From Octopus vulgaris (Eukaryota), in contig OX597822.1 in NCBI GenBank assembly GCA_951406725.2, positions 105,152,001 through 105,216,000 of the forward strand: a stretch of 64,000 nt of DNA, written 5' to 3'. A model generated the notes under the pieces. The model had not been told where the DNA came from and made no database searches. It saw only the letters and a program-made list of their open reading frames with translations. The position numbers and the translations under genes were made by a program. Below are positions 1-15,387 of this stretch, in pieces (the first letter of the stretch is position 1; each line of letters opens with the position of its first letter).

Positions 1-172
1 CGCCTTTAGCCGAGCAAATAAAATCGCAGGAGTTATTTTTCGTAAGCCTAGTACTTATTCTATGGGTCCCTTTCGCCGTACCGATAATTTACGGGGACGT
101 AAACACACCAGCAGCGGTTGTCAAGCGATGTTGGGAGGACAAACATACACACACATGTATATATAGACATAC

Positions 173-238
<66 letters not shown>

Positions 239-388
239 GGTTTCTTACAGTTTCCGTCTAGCAAATCTACTCACAAGATTTTGTCGGCTCGATGGTATAG
301 TAGAAGACACCTGACCAAGGTGTCAGGCGGTGAGAATGAACCCGGAACGATGTGCTTGGTAAGCAAGCTACTTACCACACAGCCACCC
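1..388 (-). mobile_element. SINE family A (cut by window start)
   Basis: Homology to 17147-17543. Confidence 0.85.
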
Positions 389-1115
389 GGATATATATAT
401 AATATGTGTGTATGTATATATCTATATATTAGGTGAGGCGTATGGAAATATACATACCTATGTGTGTGTGTACGTGCGTGTTTGCACTTGTGTGTGTATG
501 TGTTTGTGTCTATTTGTGTGTGTGTGTATGTACGCGCTTACGTCAGTGTGCTCCGCAAACGTGTGTGTATATGTGTGAGTATGTATACAAACTAATATAT
601 AGTAGTTTTAGAATATATGTCTCACTGTGCACAGGAATACATCCACAGTACGTAATTATGCGTGGATCTAAGTTAGCATGTTTGCACATACGCATGCATA
701 CATGTCTGAAGAAGTTTGTACTTTTGTGTGTAATCCTGTGATTTTGCGCGTATGCTCCTATATGTTGCTCTGTGTTCTGCGTTCAAATCTCCGTCATGAC
801 ACCTCCAGCAGTCTTCGTCCTTTTTTTGGACACGAGAAATGGTAACTAGTCAACACTATTGGAATTGATGAGGTATCAGAATACTGAAAAGTGTGAGTTG
901 TGATATTGTGTGTTGTGTACGTTCGTACCTTGATCAAAACCGAAAGAGACATAAAAAGACCACAGGCAAATATTCAGCTATTTCTGATGATAAGGCGAAT
1001 GCCATAACCCAGTTTATCAGATGGGAAGGCAAAGGGACTTTCAACGCTTATGCGCTCAGTGTAATAGTTCTCTGATCACACACGCATACGCACACGCACA
1101 CGCACACACACACAC

Positions 1116-1152
<37 letters not shown>

Positions 1153-1371
1153 AACTCTCTCTCACACACACAAGCAGAAATATATATACATATGTATGTG
1201 TGTATGTATGAATATATATGTATATGTGTACGTGCGCGTGTCAATGTGTGTATGTGCATGTATACTTATATATATATATATATGAGTATATGTTTGAGCA
1301 TATATATATATATATAGTTAAATAGATAGATGTAGATATAGATATGTAGATATATTTGCATATATGTATGC

Positions 1372-1420
<49 letters not shown>

Positions 1421-1586
1421 GTATATAATTATATCTGTGCTTATACTCTATATATATGATTCCCCCTTTATCCCTCTTTTTCTATTTCTTCGTTTCTCTC
1501 CCCCCTCTCTCTCTCTCTTTCACTGCCAGAAAATGTGTGTGTGTATGTGTGTGCATCCATAAACAGTGTAACGTACATAGAAAATT

Positions 1587-1681
<95 letters not shown>

Positions 1682-1771
1682 CATAATAATAATAATAATG
1701 ATAATAATAATGATGATGATGGTGATGAAGTTAATAATAATAATAATAGTAATATTATTATTATTATTATT

Positions 1772-1825
<54 letters not shown>

Positions 1826-2178
1826 GCGTTGAGTCAGCAGAATCGTTAGCTTCGCCGGGCGAAATGCTTAGAGGTATTTCGTCCGTGATTACGTTCTGAG
1901 TTGAAATTCCACCGAGTCCTACTTTGCTTTTCATCCTTTCGGGGGTCGATAAAATAAATACGAGCTGAACACTAGGATCGATATAATCTACTGACACCTG
2001 TATCCCGAAATTTCTGGCCAACTGCCCAAGTGTGATACCAATAAGCATAGTCAGCAATTAAATGTTTATAAAAAAATATACATACATACGTACACATAAA
2101 CACACATACACACACAAATATATAATGTATATACACATATATACGTTTGTAGGTTTGTGTATATATATATGTGTGTGT

Positions 2179-2212
<34 letters not shown>

Positions 2213-2214
<2 letters not shown>

Positions 2215-2509
2215 AGGTGCAATGGCCCAGTGGTTAAGGCAGCGGATTCGCGGTCGTAGGATCGCAGTTTCGATTCCCAGACCGAGCGTTGTGAATGTTT
2301 GTTGAGTGAAAACACCTAAAGCTCCACGAGGCCCCAGCAGTGGGGTGGGTGGGTGGCGATCATAGCAGTACTCTTTCGCCACAACTTTTTCTCTCACTCT
2401 TTCTTCTGTTGGCCTGCTTGCTTAGCTAAAAACCATGCGAAGCGCATTCTGACCAGCGATGTGTAGCAACATCTGCTAGCCTGGTCTCGGTCATGGTCAT
2501 CATGGTGGT

Positions 2510-2510
<1 letters not shown>
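2213..2510 (+). mobile_element. SINE family C (tRNA-derived), tail type 1
   Basis: ggtgcaatggcccagtggtta..tttcgattccc head; homologous to 20012-20308. Confidence 0.85.
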
Positions 2511-2578
<68 letters not shown>

Positions 2579-2718
2579 CGGAGATGTACTCGCATAGCAA
2601 GTAATTTGATCTGAGATCGTGTGTGCTGGAACGAAAACAATTGCGGCGTGGAAGGTGTTTATAAGCCATTTAAGAAACACACAAAAGCCGTTCGATTCAC
2701 TCCAACATTTAAGTTTAA

Positions 2719-2768
2719 TTTGTCAAAATATTTTCGTCGCTAAAATCCGCGAACTGTTCACTGACAAA
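2719..2768 (-). ncRNA. Minimal type I hammerhead ribozyme motif, G3-C8 core variant
   Basis: Minus strand: UUUGUCA-GUGAACA-G-UUCGC-ggauuuua-GCGAC-GAA-AAUAUU-U-UGACAAA. 7-bp helix I and palindromic helix III. Confidence 0.6.
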
Positions 2769-3475
2769 GTCCGTGCTGCATCTCATATATTTGCAAATAT
2801 ACATGTGTGAAGAAATACTACATAAAGTTGAGATAGGTGATTCGCTGTGACTGCTCGGGAATAAGACACGATATCTTTATAGTAACTGTGTTTCCTCGGC
2901 AGTTTCTACTTAGTCTTAATACACTGTGTTCGAACTACACTTTGTCCAAACTATTCAGAATTGATTAACAGCTGAGGAGTTATTGAAATTTATAGAATGA
3001 TCTAAGAGAAGGGGGGAAAAAAATGATGCCTTCGTAATGTAAAACAAAAATATTACTGCTAATATATTTTAGAAAGGTAACCTTCGTTAGCTAAGAGTGA
3101 CTTGGGGGGGATTTGTATGGATTTGGCGAAAGTTAGTTTAACAAAGAATTCTTTTACTTCTGAAAAAATTACTTGCGAACAAAATATGTGTCAAGGTGTT
3201 TGCGTGTATTTATTACATGCATATTTACAACTATGTTTACAATAGCACATGAGCATGTAAGAGATGAATAAGTATGCAACTAGCTTCATGGGTGTGCGTA
3301 TGTATGGAGCTCTGTATGCATGTGTGTGTGCGTGTTCCTGTGTGTGTGTGTGTCTTAAACTAATAAAACATATCCGATTTCGTATGTATTACCTTTGTTA
3401 TATAATAAATACATACATATACATATATGTGTGTGTGTATGTGTATAATATATAATATGTATATATATATATATG

Positions 3476-3544
<69 letters not shown>

Positions 3545-3762
3545 TATATATATATAGAGAGAGAGATGCGTAGATAACCATTTAACATACGTACGCACAT
3601 GCATATACACGTAAAGAAATATACACATACACATATGTGTATATAATTATTGTGTGTGTATAAATACATCTATGACTATATCTGGTTCTCTCTCTCCCTC
3701 TCTCTTTCCCTTTATCTATCTATATGCTTGCATATTTGTTTCTGTACGCATCTAGTTATATA

Positions 3763-3838
<76 letters not shown>

Positions 3839-3948
3839 CAAGAAGCAAAACCCAACCAACAAAACACACACTTACATATGTATGAATGTTTATATATGTA
3901 TATACTCATATGTATATTTATACATCTCGCTCTCCCTCTCTCTTTCCC

Positions 3949-3993
<45 letters not shown>

Positions 3994-4138
3994 ATGCATA
4001 TTTGTTTCTGTATGCATCTAGGTATATATATATATACCCATACCGAAACACACACGTAGATATGTATGAATGTTTATATATGTATATACTCATATGTATA
4101 TCTATACAACTTTGATGGCATGCACTGCTCTCTCACTC

Positions 4139-4178
<40 letters not shown>

Positions 4179-4458
4179 CGTGTGTGTGTTTATGTATGTA
4201 CATATACACATACATGCATACATACGTACATACATACATATGTACACTCATACATATATACATACACACACTTTCGTTTCATCGTTTCTTTTGTACGCGC
4301 AACATCGCTCGAAACATCGACAACACTAGCAACATAAACTTATTGTACGAGGCACATAATTCTAAGCGTGTGTATTTGTGAACGTTTCGTAAAATATTGT
4401 GGGAAAAGTGAGTGATTGAATAAGCGAAATGGAGAGATATAGACAGAGACAACCAGAA

Positions 4459-4495
<37 letters not shown>

Positions 4496-5131
4496 AGAGA
4501 GAGAAAGAATGAGAGAGAAAGAATGAGAGAGAAAGAATGAGAGAGACAGAGTGAGAGAAAATTTCGCGCACATTATATATTAAAATAAAAAGAATTAATT
4601 CTCTAGTGTGTTGATAAGACGTTTTACTGTCACTCGTTTTGTATATACAGATTCCTTTAATCCTTTTCTTAACCATTCCGTCCTTTCAGTCGTTACCTTT
4701 CTTCATTCCTATCTTCTTTCTTCCTCTTTCCGTCCTTCCTTCCTTCTTTCTTTCATTCATTCATTCATTCATTCATTCACTCATTCATTCATTCACGTGG
4801 AGTTCTTTAACAGCATCGTTTTCATATATTCATACATTACAAAATTACACAGCATGTATTCGCCACATTTTGTCTACGGCAAAAATGTTGCAAAACTAAG
4901 TGTTGAATGAATCTAGAAGTAAGCAAGAAGCAAAACCCAACCAACATCGGATTACCACAACCTTGGACAAAAAAACTTTTCTTAATCCATCCATACGCTG
5001 ATATATTTTAGGATAATTTCTACTGTCATACATATATCTCATACAGACATACACACACACACACATAGATATATACATACACATAAAACATACATACAGA
5101 CATACATAGATACACACACATACACACAGAC

Positions 5132-5208
<77 letters not shown>

Positions 5209-5209
5209 T

Positions 5210-5310
<101 letters not shown>

Positions 5311-5672
5311 ATATATAGATATAGACACAGGCAGACACACATACACGCATACAGAAATATACATATATATGTATGTGTGTATGTATGTATGTATGTAGCT
5401 ATACATACATGCATACATACATACATACATATATATAATATATACATAATGTGAGTGTTTTAAATTCGGCTTGTTTATCATTTGCTTAAGTTTTTTCAAT
5501 TGACATAATTTTTTTTTTTTTGTTATCGTAAAATCAACCAAAACCATCTTACGCTCACACGTACACACACACACATATATATATATATACATACACACAC
5601 AAACAAACAAATACAAAATAAAAAATACATCAACACCACAGAAAAAGTTAAAACAGTTATTAAGCTTTTTAG

Positions 5673-5741
5673 CCATTCAAAATGAAAGTAGCAAAACGCA
5701 AAGCAAAAGAAAAGAATGGCAGCCGAAGGAGAGTCAAGCCG
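5673..5741 (+). CDS. Candidate 69-nt symmetric exon
   Basis: ttaagctttttag| ... |gtgagt. Two open frames (PFKMKVAKRKAKEKNGSRRRVKP or IQNESSKTQSKRKEWQPKESQA). Confidence 0.3.
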
Positions 5742-6031
5742 GTGAGTTGAATATACTGTATTTGTAATTATACAACAACAATAACAACAACAACAACAAT
5801 AATAATAACAATAATAATAGTAGTAATAATGGTGATGTTGATCGTCATCATGACTATGATGATGTTTTCCAATTTTGGCACTAGGCTAGCGATTTTGAGG
5901 TTAGCGGGCAAGTCGATTACATTGGACCCCAGTACCTGACTGGTACTTATTTTATCGGTCACGAGAAGATGAAAAGCAAAGTTGATCTGAAAATTATAAT
6001 AATATCAATAATAACAGTGTTGTTGTTGTTG

Positions 6032-6112
<81 letters not shown>

Positions 6113-6175
6113 ACATCATCATCAATAATAATAAAAAATAATATTAATAATAAAAATAATAATAATAACAACAAC

Positions 6176-6246
<71 letters not shown>

Positions 6247-6767
6247 CAACGACAACAATATAAGCATAATGCCTGAAATTTTGCGGGAGGGGACTAGTCG
6301 ATTACATCGACCCCAGTGATCGTATGGTACTTAATTTATCGACCCCGAAAGGATGAAAGGTGAAGTGGACCTCGGCAGCGACGGATGAAATGCCGCTAAG
6401 CATTTTGTCCGGCGGGCTAACGATTCTGCCTGCTCGCCGCTTTAATAATAATGACAATAACAATAATAATAATAATAATAATAATGATGATGATTATGAT
6501 GCCTTCATATTTTGGCACATGGTCCATCAGTTTTGAAGGAAGGTACAAATCGTTGAAATTGACTTTTATTCTACTTCATCGACCCCGAAAGGCTTTAAAG
6601 CAAAGTTATCCTCTGCGAGATGTGAACTCAGAATGTATAGAAAGAGCCGGAAGGTATTTCACCGAAAATTTACTTCAATCCGTGTTTAACCATTCTGCTA
6701 ATTCGCTACCGATAACAAAAATGATGACAACAACAACCACGATGACGACGACAACAACAACAACAAC

Positions 6768-6838
<71 letters not shown>

Positions 6839-7422
6839 TGATGATGTTATATGGAAATGACTGATGCAAGCATAACAACAATATTATTGAGTGTCCCTGC
6901 ATTTTGGAGTAGCGCTGTCGTCCATTTACCGACACCAGTATATGAATGGTACTTTCATTCAATAATAATCTTCATTTTTAAGGTAGTCACAATACCAGTA
7001 ATTTGCGACGAGGGTGTAAGCATTGTAATTTACTAATTTTTATTCTACTTTATCGTTCCTGAAAGGATAAAATGAAAAATTGTCCACAGGTGGATTTGAA
7101 CTCATATCGAATATGAAGAAAATAGCAATGAGGCATTTTGCGTGAGGTGCTAAATTATTCTGTCAAAATCCTACACAAATTTTGTCAATAATAATATTTA
7201 TTAGAAGTTTATCTACGCATAATGTCAGCAATTTTTGAGAGGACAGTTTAGACTATGCCAGTGACACCTTGTGATTTTATTATATCGACCCAGCGGGGGA
7301 TGAAAGGCTGAAAGTGACACTGGCAGAATTGGAACTCAGACCGTCTCGAACAGGAGGAAATGTCGCGAGGCACGCTGTAGCAATTCTACCAAACCATTCA
7401 TATAATGATAATGACAACAACA

Positions 7423-7484
<62 letters not shown>

Positions 7485-8553
7485 TATAATAATAATAATA
7501 ATAATAATTTTACCCCAGTGTCACTTTGATGGCATGAACTGCTCTCTCACTCAATAATAATAATAATAATAATAATAGTGGTGCACATATGGTTGTGATG
7601 CATTTGCCTAGTGTACCCTTATCAGACGGGTAGTTATGATGGGTATAGTAGGCTTCGTATATTTCAGCCAAGTGTTACTTTGATGGCATGCACTGCTCTC
7701 TCACTCAATAATAATAATAATAATAATATTGATGATGATAACAACAACAATAGTGTTGATTATGATGATGACGACTACTACTAAATTTAATTATTATTTG
7801 TAATAATATTTGTAATGGTAATAATCTAAGAGCTGGGTTGGTATGAATAAAGGTGGCGGTATCGGAGCAGCGTAGTTAGTTACATACAGAACCTTATGTT
7901 TACATGTTTACTGCTGTCTACAGCTAGTCCTTTCCGCTTGTCTGGTTGTGTTAGCCGTGAATAAACATGTGGACAAGGCAGCACAAAGTGGACAGTAGAG
8001 AACTGGGGAAACAAATAATTAAAAAAAAGAACAGGGTTGTGGGGGGAGCAGTTACTTACTACACAAAATAGGTTGATACTGTTGATGATGATGATGATGA
8101 TGATGATGATGTTTCGTTTAAGCCCCACCCTCAAATACCGAGACCAGTCCAGATCAAATAGAACTTAGGATCAAACAATATTTCGATGCTTTAATCGTTG
8201 CATTTTTTAAGCCAAAATTCTCCCCACACCCTTTTGTTAGATAAGGACCAGTTGTGTGCGTGTTGCTATGTGTGCGTGTATTTATGTTAGTGTGTTTGTG
8301 TGTGTGTGCGTGTGTGCGGGGATTTTTGTTTCTTTCTGAAAAGATTGTAGAGTGCATAAACTCAGGGAGATTTGCCTACTATGTCTTGGTGTTCAAGGTG
8401 CCACGTATGAAGGCCATTTACTACAGTAGGCTGACAGTGGTGACACTAAACACTGTTATAGGTGATGCGCTGGCGATAGTGTCATTCTAGTTTTCTTACT
8501 ACTATAAACTACTGCTAACTACTACTACTAAAACAACTACTATTACTACCATA

Positions 8554-8619
<66 letters not shown>

Positions 8620-8910
8620 GTTGCTGCTGCTGCTTCTAGTAAGTGATAGTGGCATTGGTCGTTTTACTACGGTTGTCACAAGTGTTTATTACAAAATATG
8701 TCCAGTAGTATCATTTGAAACGAGAAAGAAGATTAGTTCGTGTGTGCCTATATATAGTACTATATATATATATATATAGTATGTGTGTGCCTATATAAGT
8801 GTAAATATGTACACACATTCTTATATATATATATATATATATATACATAAATAAATATATACATAGTTAAATATCTATGCATATGTATGCATATATATAT
8901 ATATATATAT

Positions 8911-9134
8911 TCTTTTATTGTTTTATTTGTTTCAGTCATTTGACTATGGTCATGCTGGGGCACCGTCATTTTAGTTGAACAAATCTACCCCAGGACTATT
9001 CTTCGTAAGCCTAGTACTTATTCTATCTGTCACTTTTGCCGAACTGCTAGGTTACGGTGGACGTAAACACAGCAGCATGGCTGTCAAGCGATGGGTGGGG
9101 GACAAACACAAGCACACAAGCATATACACACACA

Positions 9135-9193
<59 letters not shown>

Positions 9194-9298
9194 GACGGGC
9201 TTCTTTCAGTTTCCGTCTACGAATCCAATCACAAGACTTTGGTCGGCCCGAGGCTATATTAGAAGACACTTGCCCAGGGTACCATGCAGCGGGACCAC
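8911..9298 (-). mobile_element. SINE family A, head truncated
   Basis: Homology to family A. Confidence 0.85.
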
Positions 9299-9785
9299 AC
9301 AGGCACTTCTGCGGATATGCACACACACGTGAAGAAATATATACATCCTAAATATGTGTATGTATATATGTATGTATATATGTGTGTGTGTAAATATATT
9401 TACTTAAACACAAGCACGCATATATACTCGTATACATACAAGTACACACATATATGTAACGTATACACATATAGCTATATAAATATGTATCTCAGAATCG
9501 GCATGGCCGTAACCAAATGCTATGATGTATAGCAGTTATGTGCTTCGAGCTACAATTCCAAAACTGAATTTCACATATACAAACTTACATATATACGTAT
9601 TTACAAACATATGCATGTATATATATATATATTTCGCTTTTGGATTTGGTTTGCAAGATTCTTTATGTGAGTTCGTGTGTTGAAGCATATTCTGTTGTGT
9701 CTGGGGAGAGTCATTTTCTTTTTGTGCCTTATAATGTAACACACTCACCGGTGAAATTTCCACTTTTTTTCTTATCTTTATTCTT

Positions 9786-9820
9786 CTAAAATTCGTTGCC
9801 TCTTGCAACCTTTTCAATAG
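9786..9820 (-). ncRNA. Degenerate hammerhead motif, U3-A8 core variant, inside a Penelope-like fragment (9632-9862)
   Basis: CUA-UUGAAAA-G-GUUGC-aagag-GCAAC-GAAUUU-UAG, with helix III shortened. The fragment carries an inverted repeat ctgttgtgtctggggagag / ctctccccagacacaacag and abuts (TA)n on both sides. Confidence 0.45.
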
Positions 9821-9861
9821 TTTTGACCCTAGAATAGAGATGTCTCTCCCCAGACACAACA

Positions 9862-9906
<45 letters not shown>

Positions 9907-9955
9907 ATATATTTATATATATACATATATATATATATATACATACATACATACA

Positions 9956-9988
<33 letters not shown>

Positions 9989-10791
9989 TTGCACATCTCC
10001 TTAGTATCAGGGTATGCTAAACATACAGACTCACCGTAGTAGAATTGGTACTGAGACGCTAGAATATAAAGGTAACTAAATATTTTCAGTGTAATTAAAC
10101 TGGTACTCTACTTTCTACTATATCTCCTACCATGCTAGATATCTGGCATAGATACACGGTCTAAGGTGTTAAAAGGGTCGATAAATTCAACCACATTACT
10201 CGATTCGTAGGTACTTAATCTCAGAGACGCACAGAGAGAGGGAACGAGTGGGACCGAGAGGGATAGGGAGAGGTAAGGAATGGAAGAGAGAAAAGGAAAT
10301 AAAGGAATTTCAAACTGGAGCATAGGCGGGGAATTTAAGAGAGTACTTAGAATGATAATATTGTATCAGCGGAAACATTACAAACGGTGACAGAAGACAA
10401 ATAGTGTATGTATGTACGTATGTATGTATGTATGTATGTATGTATGTATGTATGTATGTATGTATGTATGTATGTATGTATGTATGTATGTATGTATGCA
10501 TGCATGTGTGTGTGTATGTATGTATGCATGTATGTATGTATGTATGTATGTATGTATGTATGTATGTGTGTGAAAGTATATATCCCTGTGTATACCGATG
10601 TATATATGCTTATGTGTAACTATGCTTGTGGAAGTCGCTATGCACGTGTATATAAATGTATATACATATATAAACGTGTACAAGTATGTATTTGTACATA
10701 TACACTCTCCCTCTCTCATATACATATGGACACACTCCAGTATAAGCATATTTGCATAAATATATACACCTATGTATATATCTATATATAG

Positions 10792-10830
<39 letters not shown>

Positions 10831-10897
10831 TACATAAATATATACATATATACACATATATACACACAGACCGATACACTCACACATATATATATAT

Positions 10898-11055
10898 AGG
10901 CGCAGGCGTGGATGTGTGGTAAGAAATTGATCCTCAACCATTAATAGTCCCGAGTTCAGTCCCACTACCTGGCACCGTGGGCAAGTGTCTTCTACTATGG
11001 CCTCGAGCCGACCAAAGCCCTTTGAGATTTCTTAGACTGTAACTGAAAGAAGTCT
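10898..11055 (+). mobile_element. SINE family A, 5' part
   Basis: ggcgcaggcgtggatgtgtggt head. Confidence 0.8.
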
Positions 11056-11229
11056 GTGTATATGCATGTATGTATGTATGTATGTATGTATGTATGTATG
11101 TATGTATGTATGTATGTATGTATATATATATATTTATATATATATATATATTTATTTATATATATATGTAAGTATGAACATATATGTAGGTATGTATACA
11201 TGCATATAGTAATATATCATTTATATTAC

Positions 11230-11264
<35 letters not shown>

Positions 11265-12748
11265 CATGCACACATACACACGTATTTATGTGTGTAAACA
11301 TGTAGTCATACTTATATACCTAAGGATATATGTATGTAACCATGCACGATTTGCATGTATATATGCATGTATGCCAGTGTATTTGCATATATGCATAAAT
11401 GAATGTACTCTTGTGTGCTATTACATGTTGATTATTACTCAATAAATTATTATACAATGTGTAATAAGTAAATTTATGGCATTTGCAGAGAATGTTATTT
11501 TATATCACTTTATATACATTTCTGTCTTTCTTCCCTAATTTGAGGGAGCAAGATAAAAGTATTATGGAAGTGTGATATTTAGAAAAAAATGTCCAGAAAT
11601 ACAACGGGTTAACATTTATGTTGTCACTACTTTTGTAATCGGCAATAAATTTAGAAGAAGCAAGTGAAATCGACCTGCCCTGCAGAGATGAATGGCAAAG
11701 ATAACTTCGGTGGGGTTTGAACTCAGTACGAACAAACCGGAACAAATACCACAGGCATTTTGTCCGACACTCTAGAAATACAAATGAATGCAAATAAGGG
11801 TAGTTTATATACACGCAGTTGATAAATTGTCATATAAGCGCAGTCTTAACGCCCTTCGATTCCGACCACCTTTAGCTCAGATCACTACACAAATCTAGGC
11901 TTGCCGAATTTACTCGTGATCAACATGTGGTTTGGCTTATCCCGAGATCTGAGACTAATCAAGTCAGGTATTTACGAGAAATCGTTAACTTGGACTTTAT
12001 CAAATTGTTTTCATCTAGACACACCTGATGCTTATTTACAAACTCTTACCCAATTAGAGCCGCATTTGCTTCCTCTGAAACTTGCTTCGTGCTTTGTCTT
12101 TTCTCAGTACATTCAAATTCCGACACTCCCTGCTGGGCTGTCATAATTACCCGTTAAATATATCCAGACTTTTCCCTGCCTTTTGTTAGGACTCACTGGT
12201 TAACCCTGCTTCTTTTCTTATTCCCCCCCCCCATCCTTCTCCATACTCCAAGTGACTGTATGATGATAGGATGGTAGTCCTACATATAACTGGAAAACAT
12301 TCGTGTAACCTTTACAGTCGCTGGTGTAGTAATGCATTACTAATCTAATTAACATTCTCTCGTCTCCCTCTTTCACCCGTTCTCTCCCTCTCTCTCTTAA
12401 TGAGGCACATCTTCAGTATGGCTTCGTTGCTATGGGAGTCACAAAGACGGAATATCCATACAAAAGCAAGCCGGTTACATATTGATGAGTTTCAAGTTTG
12501 CATAATAGACATGTCCAGAATATGATCCCATGGAATCAAGAAACAAAGTAACGCCGTCCCTGCCAATATATCCAATAATGACAACGGTTCTCTTGAAACC
12601 GGTATAATTTGGATGTAGCTCAACGACTCCCAATGGAGCCTGGGGAAAATGTAATGAGGCTTGGTGTCGTAGTCAGCAAGCACAAGGTTCTCCTTAAAGT
12701 GAGTCACTTTTTTATTCTTATTCAATAATGTACTTTGTTTGGACACAA

Positions 12749-13142
12749 TTTATATATGTATAAAGCTGAAGTTGTCTGTGTATGGCAGGTTTGGTAGCCT
12801 TCAACTAACACTATCGCCTCCGAGACCTTGCGGCGCAAGTTGACCAAAATTGAGAGTATGATAGAAGAAGGCTTGCTCTTCATTCTGTAGAATATAAAAT
12901 TCAAATCGGACAATGTTAAGATAAAAAAATATTTACATCAAAAAGTTGCTTTTTTCCTATGAAAATCCCTATTTTTTACGATTTTTTGACTGCTGTGTCG
13001 CCATTTTTCGGTGTATTTCAACCAGAAAAATGTTCACTTAAAGAGAATAACAAGCTACATAATGTAATTTTTTTTTACTTTTCAAAAATTCCAATTCTGA
13101 AGGGTCGAAACAAACCCGAGCAACGCCGGGTAATACTGCTAG
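12749..13142 (+). mobile_element. Non-autonomous Helitron (about 390 bp)
   Basis: 5' end T(T)TATATATGTATAAAG; 3' hairpin cccgagcaacgccggg followed by CTAG; inserted between A and T. Confidence 0.75.
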
Positions 13143-14082
13143 TACTTAATAATAGAGATAGCGGTAGATTCTTTTGCATTAGTTTTATGATAAAATATAA
13201 ATAGTTATTTTTTACCAGGAAAATTATAGGGAAACAGGGGAAAAAATTGGTTCCGAAACTTTGGTCTAGCTTATGTGCATGAATGTAGATCACCAACTGT
13301 GCAAGTTTTCTCGCTTCGTCCTCAGTTTTAAAATCAAGGTAAACACTACCTCATATTTTGCATGTGTCGATGGTGCACACCTCTTACTACATATCGCCCA
13401 GGGTTCAGATAATACTATTCAGTATGGCACATTGAAGTTCTCTCCACTTATAGGAAATTAGAAATTCACCGCCTTTGTTCCTGGATAAATTTCATACACA
13501 TGGATCATTCCTTTTCTTTAAGCTGGCTCGAGCCGAGTTGCTCTGATATTTCCACGGCGTAAAGAAATTAGAGAAAATTGCGTTGGAGTTTCTCTTATTA
13601 CTTTTTTCGTATGGTTTCTTTCATTTTTTGCTTGCAGTTTTTCTTTTTGATTTTTTTGTGAAAATAATTTTCATCACTGTTCTTTGTCCTTGTGTAAATA
13701 ATTAGCTTCAAAGTTCTATCTATTTGTTTCTTTAATGATTTCGGTTTTTATTTGTTTATTGAAACATTACTTCCTCTTTGGCTAGTTTCCTTTCTTTCCA
13801 CTTCCGTGTGCGGCCATTTTCCTCGCATGTGTGCAGCAAAAGGCTATTTGCCAAAAGATTTAAACAATAGAAAATATCTAAACATACATCTTTCCTCTAC
13901 CCAAGGATGTAGTGTAGATGAAACAAAATAATCCAAAAGCTTTTGATATAAAGAAAAGCAAAAGCCTTCCGCGGAGTTCTGTGGAACGTGACTCCAGAGA
14001 TAGCATCAATAACATCATCATCTGTAAATTGCTAATGATAATTACAATAATAATAATGATAACAATAATGATGATGATGATG

Positions 14083-14131
<49 letters not shown>

Positions 14132-14767
14132 GAAGAAGAAGAAGAAGAAGAAGAAGAATCACTATCTTCATCATCGTCGTTATCATCACTTTAGCAGTGC
14201 ATTATCTAAAACTGGAACGACACAGAAATTACTATGTCCCATGCACAGAGAAGACACGCAACTTCTTGGGGCAGTGAAATTTTTACTTATTTGTTAATCT
14301 ATTTATTTAGTTAGTGAGTTTGTTTGTTTGCTTGTTAGTTACTCACTACAAAGTGGTGAGTCGACAGAATATTTACCAGGCCGGACAAAATGCTGAAGGG
14401 GAAATTATGACTCTGTACGCTTCGAGTTCAGATGTAGTGGAGGCTAACTTTGCTTTTTCTAACTCTGAAAACAGCAACTCTTCTCCAGTCAAATCATGTC
14501 TCACTGCATTAAATAAAGAATACATCAGACAATTTAGTTCCTGGTATAGGGAACCACTGGAACGCTTTTAGTAGAGCTGGCAAAGGGGCACAAAAATGGT
14601 ATATAGCACAACACTGTTGATCACCATCTGAACACTTATTTTTAATCGACTAGCCCTACCCACTGTGTCTATAATAGCAAGTATTATCATCATCATCATC
14701 ATCCTCATTATTATTATTATTATTGCTGTTGCTGTTGTTGTTGTCGTTGTTGTTTTTGTTGTTGTTG

Positions 14768-14769
<2 letters not shown>

Positions 14770-14801
<32 letters not shown>

Positions 14802-15338
14802 GGAGTGAAAGAGAGTAGTGACACTGAACTACAAATATGAAAAACCAATATATCCATCATGACCACCCGTCTGATAAGATTACATCATGCACATGTATCA
14901 TAACCACATGTGCGCGATATAGCTTTCTCTTTTGAAGGTAAACAGCACACGACCTTGCAGGTGGGACCCAGTTAGAATTTTCATCGGGTTGAGTAGTCCA
15001 TTCCAATCAAAAGGTCCCTGAATACGGACTGGTTAAGGATGATGAATGAAACAGCCATGTTTCAAGAGGTGAATTATACAAACCTCAAAGAATTCCTCTC
15101 AGGTGATTATGATGCTCCCCACTACTTCTGCTCGTGATCAGAGATGTACATATCATCAGTCATTTAGGGGATGCTCATGTGATTAAGGTGAAGCAACGGA
15201 CAAGTAAATCTGTGTTATTGAGCAGAATATCTGATGTAGCCCATCTTTTATACCAAGACAAAACAATATACATGATAACACTTACAATCAGTTAACAACG
15301 AAAGTCAAGAGAACCACTACCGCATACTGCATCAGGGC
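14770..15338 (-). mobile_element. Family E copy
   Basis: Reverse complement homologous to 42788-43255. Confidence 0.8.

Positions 15339-15387
<49 letters not shown>

Noticed and set aside
970-1020. CTGATGA followed by a small hairpin (similar words at about 29276, 44233 and 44578)
   Set aside because: No correctly placed GAAA/NUH or closing helix I, so not called hammerheads.
11810-11900. Possible APE endonuclease SDH motif (FDSDHL)
   Set aside because: Single short motif without supporting neighbouring motifs.
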